A DNA stretch of 60,497 nt, counting the filler. It is 6 parts of 6 records of this genome, joined end to end, with 100 filler letters (N's around TTAATTAATTAA, not from the genome) between each part and the next. Parts side by side here need not be neighbours in the genome. Positions count along the whole stretch, not along the records: positions 1 to 29,346 come from SRR2962707_364; 5 more parts are not named here. One strand, written 5' to 3'. Position numbers and translations under genes: made by a program. Shown one piece after another: positions 15,401 through 27,658 of this stretch (position 1 is the first letter of the stretch; every line of letters begins with the position of its first letter). The notes beneath the pieces are model-generated. The model worked only from the letters and a program-made list of their open reading frames with translations, searched no databases and was not told the origin of the DNA.

Positions 15401-18400
15401 TTCAATTGTATCTGAAGGTAGCATCGCAGCTGTGCGCGGGCGGCTGGATGACTCAATTGCTGAAGCTGTGGGGCGTGGGGTTAGTGAAGCGGATGCAACT
15501 GTTGCTGCTGCAAGAACAGTTGGGGGGCGCTTGCACAATTTGTTGGTGAGAAGAACCCTGCAAGAAGCAGTTGGGCGTGTTCGAACCGCACAAGATCTTG
15601 CGCTGCTTGAAGGAGCAATAAAATCGGCAAAAGATGACAACCTCCCTTCAAATGATCTTGCTTTAGTCGAGGCCGAAGCCTTGGGCAAGCAGCTGCGCCA
15701 CTCGGCGGCGTTAGACGACTCTATTGCTGCCTTGCAGCGAGCGATAAATCGTTTTGCATCAGCAGAGCTAGACCTGTTCCGCTTCATGTCAGAAATTGCC
15801 CGCGTTGAAAGTCAGGACCTGCGAGATGTACGGATCACCGGTCAGTTTTTTGTACGCATTGTTTTTTTGTGTAGGTGGGACGTGTTGCATTAGGGTATCC
15901 CCATAAGACACTTTGCGTGCGCGTGGCTGTGTCACAGAGCTTGTTGATGCAGGGAGACGTATGATACGAGGTCGGCAAGATGCTGAGAAGGTAGCCGAAA
16001 TGCGAAGCACGCTGCAATCCGCAATCGTGGTTGCTCTCAGCGCTGGAGACCCGGAGTCATTGGAGGAGAAAATTGACGAAATCGAGATTCATTCTGATTC
16101 GGCCAAACTTGAGGACATTCTTGAAGAGGCTCGCCACACAGTCAAACAATTAACCTCACAAGCCTTGCTCGAAAAGGCTCTGGCTGACCTTGAGCAATCA
16201 GTTTCGAATGGGCGAGCCTTGCTGTCCCAGTCAGGCACCTGTGATGAGGAAGATGAGACAAGTGCTGCATTCAATGTTGAACCGACTCAATCACACAATT
16301 CAATGCAAGCAACTGTTGACGCGTCTTTGGCAGATATAGATTTGTCGGCACAGGCGTGCATTGCCGCTGGAGCGGATGTAGGACATGTGGGTCTCGTGAA
16401 TGCGCGTGTTGTTGCGTCATTGTTGCGAAAAGCGAAGGCCGCCCTGCGTCTCGAGGAGGTGACTTCAAGAGCAAGGTCGGAGCGCGTCGTTGACAATCTG
16501 CGAGTCGCTCTTGATATGGCTGTCAGTGCACAGACAGATGCTCTGTCACCGGACCATGCATCCGTGGTTGTGGCTCGGCAGCTACTGTGCGCCTTGGAGC
16601 ACGAACAGGCAGTTAAAGATGCAATTGTGTCGTTAACTGATGCTCTGCGCTTTCACGAATCTGGTGCTACGGACTACCTCCAGCTGCTGTCATGCGTAGC
16701 GCACATTGAAAGCCAAGCGTTGTTTGAAGTCAAAGATGGGTGAGTGCTTGTCTCCATCTTGTTTGTGTGTCTTTCCGTATTCTCTGTACACTTGACAAGT
16801 GTCTCATGACCAATCATAAATTGTGGTTGCTCGTTTAACCGGAAGCGCTGGTTCAGAGGCTAGCCACGTGCAGCGAGACCAGCTTGCCCAGCTTGAAAAG
16901 CAGGCGAAGCAGATCATAGAACATCACGAAGAGCAGCAACGAGTTCATGAACGTCGACGCATTCTACAAGACGAAATATTTAAATGTGGTCGAAGCGAAG
17001 TTGAACAGGCTGGCGGGGACGAAAGTGATCTTGTGGCTGCACTTGAAAAGGCGTCAACCTGCGACGATGCAGAAGCTCTGGTGGACTTGATTGAAGAAGG
17101 CAGAGCTTTGGTGAAAGAGCTCCAAGATGGACGTCCAAAGGCGGCAGCTTTGCGTAGGCTTGCTGTTGCAGTGGACGGGGCGCGACGCGTGTTGGATCTT
17201 GGCGATGATGATTTGCACAGTGCTGATCTCGTTGCTGTAGGAGTGCACGAGAACACGATTGAGACCTTGCGCCATGGGGTCGATGAAGCCCGAATGGCAC
17301 GATTGGATGCTCTGGTATCTCAAACACGTGTTGCACTAGACAAACTCGGAGCTGCCATTAGCATCTGCACGGACGAGGCGTGTGTGCCCACAACACATGA
17401 GGACATTCTTCGTGCCTCAGGACCGCAGGTCGCAGGTGCGCTCAAGCTCCAACTGGCTCGATGTAATCTTGCGCTTCAAATGCGAGTGGCGACTCGCGCT
17501 CGGGGTTCCATTGCAGCTCTGGACAACGCCTTAGATTCCGCACAAACAGCTCACTTGCCTTCTAATGACACTGTACGTTGATCTTTTTCAAGACGTGTGT
17601 TGTTCAGGGCTTTGGACGCTGGCATCCAATTGTGTGGTTTTTTTTGTCTGTAGGTCTTCAAAGCTGCTATGAAGCTTCGAGCTGCATTGCAACGAGAAGA
17701 TGCAATTGCTGCTGCGCGCAGCAGTCTTCGCAATGCAGTAGCCACGTTCCGCGGCCAACCACATAGTTCGTCGTCTTTGTCGACTCTCATGTCAATCATA
17801 GTGAGGGTGCAAGACCAGCCGGAAGTTTGCCGTGATGAGCAAGTCTCCAATTTGCTCGCGGCCGCTAATGCTGCCGCTGCGGAGGAAACGCGACGGCAAC
17901 GCGTTGTGGCATCGCGGGAAGCATTACGTGACGCGATCAAACGTGCGAGAAGAGAGCAACTGACATCTGGACTTGAACGTGCAATTGTCCTAGCAGAGAC
18001 AGGCAGCGACGACGAGGCACCTGCATTGGTTGACTTGATAGCGGAAGCACGGCAGGCAGTTGCCTCAATTCAGCGGCACCACCGGCGCGCAGAAGTAGAA
18101 CGAGAGCTGGAGCGTGTCGTAAGTTTTCAACTCGAAGTCGAACGGTTGCTTGCTTCGGGAATCTGTGAGACACGGGGTAAGATGTTGTACACTCTGCTGA
18201 CCTTGATTGTGCAGGTGGCTTCGATGAACATTGATGAAATCGAGAGCGAGGAGGAGATCGATGTCGCGGAGGAGCGCCTTGAAAATGCAGTAGGAGGCTG
18301 TGAGGCCGAGGGATGTGACGCAGCTTGCGCAGCATTTGCAAGCGCAGCTGCATGCCGGCTCGCTTTGCATAGTCGTCGCAGCCAACTGCGGTTAAGCTCT

Positions 18401-21400
18401 GTAGTTCGCGAAGTTGAGGAGAAGGCATCGGTCGAAATGCCATCTCTGGCTGTGGCGGCGCTTGAGGAAGCTTTAAGCTCAGCTCGAAAGCGTGGGCTTA
18501 AGGAACCAGACAAATTTGTCGAACAGGCTAATCAGCAGCTAAATCAGTGGCAAACGCGTGCTCAGGTGGTTGAGTTTATTGACCGTGTGTCAATGGGGAT
18601 TGCATCATTTCAAGCAGCTATTCGTGAAAGAGCACTTAGCATGCACCAAAGCGACGAGTCGACATCGTCCGTGCGAGATGATTCGTTTCAGATGCCAACT
18701 GATGCAGTTTCCTCAGCGACGGCTGCGGATGTGTTTGAGCTGATCTCTACGATAACACCTGCTGAGCGGGCAGCCCAAGAGTTGGCTGACGCGACTTTGG
18801 ATGAACTGCTTACCGAGGCTCGATCTCTGGTTCGTGCTGCTCAAGCTGGGCAAGAGCGCGCAGACGTAGAATCTGCTTTGGCGGAGGCAGTTGCGCGGTG
18901 CCGGCGTACTCGTGAACCACAGAGCTTGCAGCCTGCCATTGCACGAGCCGAAGCGTATCGAGGAGCAGGCAATCGTCAAAGCGATGGGTCTTCGTCGTCG
19001 TCCCGAATGGAAAACCTGCTTGACGAAGCGCACACACTGCTCCAAGAGCTTCACCAAGAGCAACGCCGCGGTGAGGCACTCGCCAATACACAAGATGCTC
19101 TTGCTCAAGCGCAGTTATTGCTGGCCGCAGACGCTGTCAGGCGCGATGATATAGTACTCGTGCAGGGGCGACTGTCACTCGCCACAGCTGATTCACTGTC
19201 CCTTGGCATTGGCGAGACGCACCCGGTGTTAGCGCGTTCCCTTGCCGCGGTTCGCAATCTCGATGTCATGGCTGCAAGAATGCCATTGCAAGATTGCATT
19301 TCTGTGGTGCAGGCACGATTAGAGGGCAGGCACGAGTGGGCTCTCGCACAAATGGCTGATTTAGGGCTCTTGGATGATTTGAGCGGCGCAAGTGGCTTGG
19401 GGGAACGGCCTGGAATGCCAACAGGTCACGATAAAATCGGCAGTGCCGAATCATCTTTCTCTGTTACAGGGGCACTTGTCCCCGTGGAGCCTGTCGTACA
19501 CTCGGTTGTACGCGATGAGCAGGAAACTATTGATGCTCAATCCATTGACCTTCTCCAAAAAGAAATGGCGGCAGCAAGGAGACATGGACTGTCCTGTGGT
19601 GACGTCGTGTTTGACGAGGCACAGCGACTGCTGTCAAGGTTGAATCAACGTTGCTTTGCGCGTGAGGCCGTTGCAGATGTTCGTGGAGCTGTTCAGGCGT
19701 TTACTGATGGGTCACTAGACCTGGTAGGTTTGATGTCTCGCGTGGCAGCGGTCGAGACTCGCTTCACTGCCACCGAACCGTCGGAGGGATGCACGTTTCC
19801 AATTTTGGAAGCAGCACTTGACGAAGCCCGGGGACTGATTGTGGTGTGTTAAAAGGCAGATTCATTCATGTCCGACATTTTGAAATTTCGGCTTTTTTAT
19901 GGTTGCATGTGCGTCCACGCGAAGGTCAATGTGTATGTGCTGTACTGCTTTACTGCAGGACGAACAGCATCGACGACAGGTTGCTGCCGCACGTGTTCAT
20001 CTTCAAGGTTGCATCTCACGTTGCCGCCGTGACCGTGATACAGTGGCTCTGGAAAAAGTGATTGCTGAGTTGGAGAAACACCCGAACAGCCTCCTCTGTA
20101 GCCAGCCTCGGGGTTCTGTTTCTATGTCAAGCGACGTGGAGCATTTGGTTCAACAGGAATGCGAAGATCTGATTGAAGATGCGCGTTTGCTTATCTCAGA
20201 GATCCGTCGTAATGATGCTCAGACTGCTGTGCTGAACCGGCTTGCTGCGCTCGTAAGCACCGCAGCGGCACTGACCGAAGCAGGCCCCCCGCAAGCTCTC
20301 GGGAACGAGGATGACGTTGCAACGCAACGTCAAATCGATCTGGTCTTGCAAGACATTCAAGAGGGCCTACGTGATGCTGAAACAGTTGAGCTCGATTCGA
20401 GTCTCCCTGTGCGTATCTGTGCTTTGTCAATGCAATTGGCATCTTGCCTTCGTGGAGTGCTTGTGTGATTTATTTGCGTCACCGAAAAAAAAGGCCTAAA
20501 CTCATCAATTGACATGGGATGTAGGTGCTCTCGCTGAAAATTCCGGAGGTGCAAAACGGCTTGTCGGTGCTTCGTGCAGAACTTGACTTGCGTCAGGAGG
20601 TTCACGCTGCATATCTGCAGCACAATGAGGAGAAGCTTGGAGCAGCAATTACCGCTGCAGTCAATGCTGGTGTAGACCCTGAACACTCTGTTGTGCTGCA
20701 AAGAGGGCTGAATTTGCAACAACAATATGCACGGGAGAGCACTGTGCGGCAGCATGTTGCTCGCTTGGAAGCGGCAACCAATGATTTCTTGGATAGCAGC
20801 AATGCTGACATCGAGGATGACCAGAAAAATCAGTCGACGGATTTGCTCTCTGAATTTGCTGCTGTTGTACAAGATGTTGGCGATCTTGCTCAAGCCGATG
20901 GTTCACTTGATGATAATTTTCTTGCGCAGCTGCTTGGGCATTGTCGTGAGTTAGTGGCCGCTGAGGAGGCCCGGCGTGGATTGGATCGTGTGCGTGCAGA
21001 CTTTACCAAAAAAATTGGTGAACTTGAAACTCAGAGCGACTTTGAAGGAATTGAGTCAGCTGTTGAGGCAGCTGAATCATCTGCGGATGCGGCAGGCTTT
21101 CGTGATCTCATTATCCGGGCTAAGCGCACTGCTCGTGCTCTTCGCGGAGCGGACCAACTCTTGCACATGATTGCAAAAATTGATGATATCGCCGCAGCGA
21201 TACCAGACTTGACTGATGCCACCAGCTTGCGCACTCGCCGAGAGTCGCTTGAAGGCTATGCTGACGCGGCGTCAGATCTTGGATTGCCCCATGATCATGA
21301 GCTTGTGAAGCGCATCCGTGTAGCGGTCGAAATCTGTGACGGACGATTGCAGCATGTACTTGCAGCACAAGCACTTGGAAGAGCTGTTGAACTTGCTGAA

Positions 21401-24400
21401 AATACAAGGAACGCGGATGAGCTTCATAGAGCAGTGTTGGTTGCACGTGAATATCTAAGTGAAGGGGACCCTCAACTGAATCTTGCGTTGAATCTCTTGG
21501 CTGAGCTTCGCGACGAGCCGGCAGTTGCAGAACTCGTGAACCGCCTTCGCAGCCACATAGATGATATTGATGAATTGGAGAAAGTCATTGGCGAATTCGA
21601 AGGGGAGAAAGGTGCGGCTGACATTTCTGTGTTGTCTGTTGTGCAGTCGGTGCTCTTGCCGAAGGTTGTTGCGCATACTCACGCTTAATACAATGTTTCC
21701 TTGTAGGTGGGAGTGCCAGACGTGCCAGCGTGCTGCAGGAAGCCAAATCGCTTGTTGCAACTCAGCGCAAGCGCCAGCGCGTGTCTGTGACGGGATCGGA
21801 GTTCTTGTCCGCCATCAGGCAGGCTCATGACGCGGCCTCGCGAGCCAATCTTCTTGCGGCTTCAACAGTGCTGCCGACGGCACCAGATGCATCGCTTCAG
21901 TTAGTCGCGGACCTAAAGGTTGGTGTGCTGTTTGTGGTTTATTGAGTAGTGTTTGGAATCGACCCTCCGTGCAATTACAGATATTTTTTTGGCGATTCAG
22001 GCTGCGCAGGAACGGTTGCTTCTCCTTCGCGACAAGACACCAGAACAAGATGCTGCTGCTTTACCATCTGATCTAGTGGGTGTTGAAACTACTGAGGCTC
22101 TGGAAGCACTCAACCGTGCTCTTCGCATTGCAGCGTCTGTGGGGCATCTCCATCGGTTCGTACGTCTGGCTTTTGGTTCACAACGGTTGAAAAGAGTTTT
22201 GGTAGGTCTCGCGTTCCATTTTTTTGCTCATTTGATGACACCTGACCGTTTCAAATAGATACATTGCATCACTGTACGAGCCTGGAGGTGCCGCTGATGA
22301 ATATTCTACTGCCACTGACACGGCGATAGAAGAGCTTCCACGGCGATTGACAGCTGCAGCTGCCGCCATGTCTGACAGCGGCATGGCCGAAGACTTTTTG
22401 ATATCAGAACACAGCAGAGACTCTTCCAACTCCGACCGTAGGCCCTTCGAAAGCAGCCTTGTTCACACCCCAAACACAAAAGAACGTGTGAGCAGGCGGG
22501 CACAAACAACTCTGGCAATTTTCGATGCAGGAAATCAGGCTCTAAAGCAAATGCACAGACTTCAGCAACTTGCCCGCGCGACGCTAGACTTACGAAAAAC
22601 CCTCGACGATGCGACCAGTGCTCGTGATGGTGGCAACGTTCCACTTGCAATCAAGATTCTGCGCCAATGCATCGATGATTGCGCTTCGCTGGGCCTTGTA
22701 GACGAGAGCGCTGACCAAGCGGGGAGCGATTTTGTTTCCACAAGTGATGCATACCGCTTGTTTTCACTCGCAATGCAATTGTGTGCAGAGCTAGAAGATA
22801 GCTTGGAGGTGGATCGAGTTGTTTTGCGACTTCGCGAAGCAGCACGTGATTTTCAGGTGACAATATGCCACTGACACTGCAAAAAGTTTTGCCTGTTACT
22901 GTTTGTCAGTTGTCAAAGATTCGTGCTGGTGTCTTTGTAGGCTGGACTGCTCTCTCCACAAGAGTTAAAGCAGTTGGTTGAGTCAGTCGATTCTCAATTC
23001 GGTGGAACTGAGCGAGCGCGCCTACGACCACGCGTACAAGCAGCACTTGACGTTGTGGGAAGCATTCAACGTGAGCGTGCCGTTCAGGACGAACGCGATA
23101 CTGTGTTGAAATCTTTGTCTCAATGTCGTAGTGAGCGAGATGAGCCTTCAGTGCGGGCGTTGCAGGCCTGCATTGCTAATTTGAGTGCAGGTGCTGCCGA
23201 TCTGTGCCGTGCGCGAGGCGATCTTCGCGAAGCACAAAGTTTAATTGCATCAGTGGATCGTGAGCTGAAGGTTTGGTCAGCCTTGCACTTACTTCGTGGT
23301 GATGAACTTACTTGTGCACATTTGCTGAGCTTGCCACTGTGCACCTGTCTCTGCGCAACAAAGGTTGGGGAGGCACTGCAATCGTTTGCCACGGACATTT
23401 CACCAGAGACGTCACCCATTGGACAGAGCTCTAACCTTCAAGACAGCATCTTTGAGCAGACCTTGGCAGTCTCGGCCTTTCGAAACGATCAATCGACACA
23501 ACTTAGCATTGGACCTGGTTTCAACAGTGATCAACGGCAATCCGACGCGCGCAGGAACGCTACTAGTCAAACAAAATCGCGTTTAGCACAAGAGTTTTTG
23601 GGCCAGTTGGAGGTCGTGTACAAAAATTCTGTTCGCGATGGTGTTTTTTCTGATCTTACCATTATGTTGGAAAAGGCAAGTGAAGTGCTCCTTCGTGTTT
23701 TGTGGTTGCTGCACAAAGCAACGTTCGTGTTAATTTTTACTCTGTGTTTGTGTGGCGTTTTGCGTCCGTTAGGCACGCGCGCTAGGCTTGAGTGCACAAG
23801 AACACCCGCTAATTGCTCAGTCTTTGAACTTGGTCGCAAACTTGGATCGCATTCCAACGCCGCGCCCAGTTGATGATACTCCCTCTGGAAAAGCGCCGAA
23901 TTTGTGGCTTGATAAGCGAGGTATGCGTACAGACGTTCCCGGCGCAGTGCAAGGAAATGTGGCAGTGACACCCATTCCACGCACCGCTAAGCATGCTGTT
24001 CAAGTGGCAGTTGTGGTGCGAGGCTCTCGCCATGTTCTTTTGCTTCCAGTTCCTGCATCAAATGTGACCCGCTTTGAATCGCAAAATAAAGGAGCGGATT
24101 TGCGCAATGCAGTGGCTGAATTTTGTGCGCAGCACCGACTCAATCACAGAGATGCACATGCGCTCAGGACTTACATTCAGGAACTTGTTTTGGGTGGCCA
24201 CGCAATGTCGCCATTGCATCTAAATGGCAGTCTCGGTAGCGAAGGTGAACAGTCAACGCGCAGCCCTCTCGTGGGAGGCACCAGTTCGTTGGTATCTTCA
24301 CCACCCCGCCCACTCCCTGCGCCAACCGCGCAGCCACACCCGCTTCCATCGTCGACAACGTCACCAGGAATTTATGATTGCGGCTCACCCTTGAACCTTC

Positions 24401-27400
24401 ACAGTAGTGAAGATGGCCAGTCACGGAACCCATGGCTCCACGAGCGACAGCTTTCGTCCGTGGAGCATGGCCAAACCGCAGAGCGGAAACCAAAGCAGCG
24501 CCGATCAGTTCAACCTGTGACGTATGCAGAGTTGTTTGCTTCGAAACAAAGACATGGACGCCGCCCAACAAGCCTGCAAAAAAAGCAACAAGCGCATAGC
24601 GGCAGCTACAGGGTCGATAGTTTGCCTGCCAAGCGTTCCCAGGTCGGAGTGACCCCTGCATGGGATCGTGTATCGATAGCAGATGAAGTTTGGGCGCCAC
24701 AAACACCTTTTTCAACCGCATCACCAATTACAGCCTGGCCATCGTTCGAGGATGCTGCACGAGGCCAAAAGAGAGAGAGAGTACGGAAAGGTTCTCAGAA
24801 ATCAAAAAAGACACCGGCGTCATCGATCCACACGAGCCTTTATGAACGCGGCATGAGAGAGAGGCTTGAGAAAGCCGAACGCCACGAAAGACTTCGCCGC
24901 CAGCAAGAAGAGGCGGCGTTAGCGCAGGTCACTGGCAAGCCAGTGCTCAACCCGCACTCTCGCCAGCTTGCTGCCTCAGCTCCCAGTCTTCTCGCAAGGT
25001 TGGAGGCCAAGCAGACATCAGACAACGGCAAAAATGCAGATTCACACCAACAGAATGCATCCTCGCCCCTGAGTTCTGCGGAGCTCGAGAAATTACCTCA
25101 CGAAGAGCGCGAATTGCGCAAACATTGCACGTTTACCCCAATGTTAGCCGACGGAACACACAGAATTTTGCACGGCCAACATGTCCCTCCGGAACGTGCA
25201 AGTGAGGAAGAGAGCGATGACAGCGTTGACGGAGAAGACTTTCGCAGTGCCCGCGATAGGCATCTTCGCCGGCAGCGAAGAGCGGCTGCTCGTGTTCACC
25301 GACGTGAACAGCAAGCGCAAGACCAGCAGCGAGCATCGAAACTTTCATCTGTGAAAGCTGGCGCTCGCCTGTACAAAGAAGCAGAAGCTCGAGACCAACG
25401 ATTGCAGCAACTCAAGCAAAAAGCTAAAGCAAAGGCTCAGTTACAGTTTCCTTTCACTCCAGACCTAAGTGACACAGTACGTTTTATCCACGCACTTGTT
25501 CAACGCACGGTACTTGTCCAACGCATGTTGACAATCTTTGCTGGATCCAAAAGTCGTTGTTTTGCCGTTTCATGCAGGCACACAAGGCTTCGCAGCTTTC
25601 GAAAAAACGGGGAACTAGCTCAAGCGGGGCGAACTTGTCTTCGATCGATTGGGCAAGTGTTTCCAAGTTGGAGGATCCTTCGTCAGTTCTTCAACCTTTG
25701 TCTGATTCTGGAGCGTCTGAAGTGATGAATGCACCCTTGGTGCAGGATCAGACGGGCAATAGCAACAATGACCGTTTCACGCAATTGTACCGCCGAGGGC
25801 TCGAACAGCAAGCTCGACAGCGTGCAGCGGTGCAGAAAGCGCAGGAGTTGTCTGGTCTTGACCCTGCAACAGGTGCGCTCTCAAATGCTCGTGATAATCC
25901 GTCTGTCGGTTGAATGTTTTGGTTTGTGTTGAAATGTCGTTTGATCGGCCAGGTCGCCCGCTTTTCACTCCTCGCGTTGGTCGCGAGCCTGCTTTCGACC
26001 GACGAGAGCGAATGGCTGGGCTTGATGTGGGTAGCTACTTGTACGTTTTGCATGTTCGAAATCAATGAGTACGCGTTGATGAAGTTTCAGGCGTTTGCTA
26101 CCGATAAACATAGCTGTTCGAATGTAATTGCTGTGCGGTACAATACTTTGAATGCAATTGCCTAGGTATGCCGGGAGACACCTCAAGTCCGACTTGGAGA
26201 ACGCAGATCGCCAGCTCGCTGCTGCCACTGGTAAGCCGCAATTCCAGAGCAGTGCTAATGATATCTCGATCGCGGACGGATCGAAGTCCGCTGAAGTCAC
26301 CTCCCCTCACAACCAAAGCAGTCATCAACCAGAGCGCCATCTTTCAACTGCCAAAGAACAACTTACTGCCGGATCGCTCTTCAGATATTTGGCTTACGCA
26401 GAACAACGATACAGGAATGAATTTGCACCCCTGAAGGATGGTGGCGGTAGTGGTGCCAAGAACAACGGTAGCAATTCCACTGGGAGTGAAAATACGATTC
26501 ATGATTTGAAATTTGTCTGTGACAACTTTGGTGAAGTTGCTGGTCCGCAACTTGCGCGGCTCGTGAGGTCACTAGTTCAAGAGATGGCAGCTGTTTTGGA
26601 GTGTGATGCCGCCGTTGCGGCTGCCACCGCAGAAGTAGACGATGAAACGAGTGGTGGAGACGGGAAGAAACTCATCTCAACTGGTCCCACCAACGCGGAT
26701 GCCTTCGTCGAGGTCCTTGAAGCGGCTCTCAGCCGTGCGAAACGTCGCAGTGGCCGCATGCCAACGCAGGCACTCTTTCCTGCTCGAGAGATTGCTTCAT
26801 ATCTTGAAAGCGCGAGGAGTTTTCAAACGAAACAACAACATCCTACCTTTGGCGAACTTAAAGAACATAGTCGACCTTCACGCAAAGCGCATTTCAACGA
26901 AATGTACGAAAGTGCGCAACAAGCCAAAGCTCGACTTACAGAGCTCAGGGAAGCGACAATGGCAGCAGAATCGGTATGTGTGCTTGCTTGTTTTTTGTTT
27001 GTTAATTCCTTTTGTACCGCCTGTTTCTTATCACCAACTTGCTTGTGCGTGCTGTGATCAAAGGCAAAACTGACGTTTCAACCGAAGCCGGCTGTGCCCG
27101 CAGAGCGAACAAAAGCACTGCTAGAGAAAAGTGAGCGCAAGCGACGATTGAGGGAGCACCAGCGCAAACAGCAAGCTCAATTGCAGCTTGAGAAGCCTTC
27201 CCCGTCTGACACTTTGGAGAACCGCACCATCTCTAAGCTGTCCGCTCGTGATCGTGCACGCATCGAGTTAGCGCGGGCACTTCAGCATTCTCACTCTGAA
27301 CAAGAGCGCCGCGAAGCTCTGCTCGGGAACCAGGGTGTGTCGAATTCCGATACAGGTAAAGAATTGACACCCCGCGGGGTGGCTCGGGCAAAACTCACCA

Positions 27401-27432
27401 GTGTCATGAGGAACGCTCCTCACCGTCAATAA
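404..27432 (+). CDS. Giant multi-exon gene (~26 introns, roughly 8,000 aa): disordered N-terminus, EF-hands, PH, C2-like, long helical super-repeat array, C-terminal xTFxP repeats; probable cytoskeletal/ciliary scaffold
   Basis: Consecutive + strand ORFs join in phase through GT-AG introns, e.g. 1472-1652, 2097-2199, 2292-2385, 4471-4571, 4932-5039, 5253-5356, 6305-6406, 6613-6764, 12778-12876, 14380-14533, 15841-15937, 18119-18214, 23271-23363, 26974-27063. ATG at 404 (MDQRPPW), TAA at 27430-27432. Splicing restores intact EF-hand and PH motifs across junctions. Confidence 0.75.
4800..5070 (+). other. EF-hand pair within the giant protein
   Basis: FDVDRDGILDVSDF and, after removing intron 4932-5039, FDDGAKGYLTREEF. 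Further EF-like loops at ~5660 (FDVDGSGDLDPWEV) and ~8300 (FDRRNTGSVNFDQF). Confidence 0.8.
6585..7100 (+). other. PH domain within the giant protein
   Basis: Spliced sequence LRGYLQKKSSSGTYQRRYFSVRNEFVNYYSN...GTFNLRSC...CRLMAASLKEADHWRKQL has the PH beta1/beta2 pattern and the C-terminal helix Trp. Confidence 0.85.
9630..9990 (+). other. Copine-like C2 domain (degenerate) within the giant protein
   Basis: EPYLVVRR...WEEVARTS...WRPLAIPLQLL...LELEVFDARNDWSIGHTRLSLLEVL resembles the copine C2 pattern (DPYL / V.RTE / W..F.IP...L / IEV.D....IG). Confidence 0.6.
10540..23850 (+). repeat. Protein-level tandem array of ~12-13 degenerate ~300-aa alpha-helical super-repeats
   Basis: Recurring anchors such as AFLDGTQDIDEF (~11790), MYSKGATDFISLVSCVAHVESQGL (~14840), RFASAELDLFRFMSEIARVESQDL (~15750), FHESGATDYLQLLSCVAHIESQAL (~16650) and AFTDGSLDLVGLMSRVAAVE (~19700), plus A..GL...D/H..V..A..L motifs, spaced ~0.9-1.2 kb. 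Confidence 0.75.
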
Positions 27433-27658
27433 CTTCTTGTATGAGGCGGTGGTGTCATGAACGTGCGACATCTTACATCAGAAGATATAAAATTATGAAT
27501 TTTACAGAAACATACAACTCTCTGCATTTGATGGGATCATGGACTCCGGGTGCGCACCTCCACGTTCACAATGGACGGGTCGCCAATTGTCCGTCAGTGT
27601 TGCTTCGGTTTGACGAGCTTGAGTCTTTGATCCTGTTCCGTCGCGGATGCTTGTGGTG

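Noticed and set aside
4932-23363. Four stop-free introns of 3n length (4932-5039, 12778-12876, 18119-18214, 23271-23363) as regulated intron retention
   Set aside because: Roughly two would be expected by chance among ~26 introns of ~100 nt at this GC content; too few to claim enrichment without RNA data.
299-27432. Stops and frame changes between the + strand ORFs as a pseudogene, programmed frameshifting or alternative genetic code
   Set aside because: The breaks are explained by short introns (mostly ~80-180 nt) with compatible phases under the standard code.
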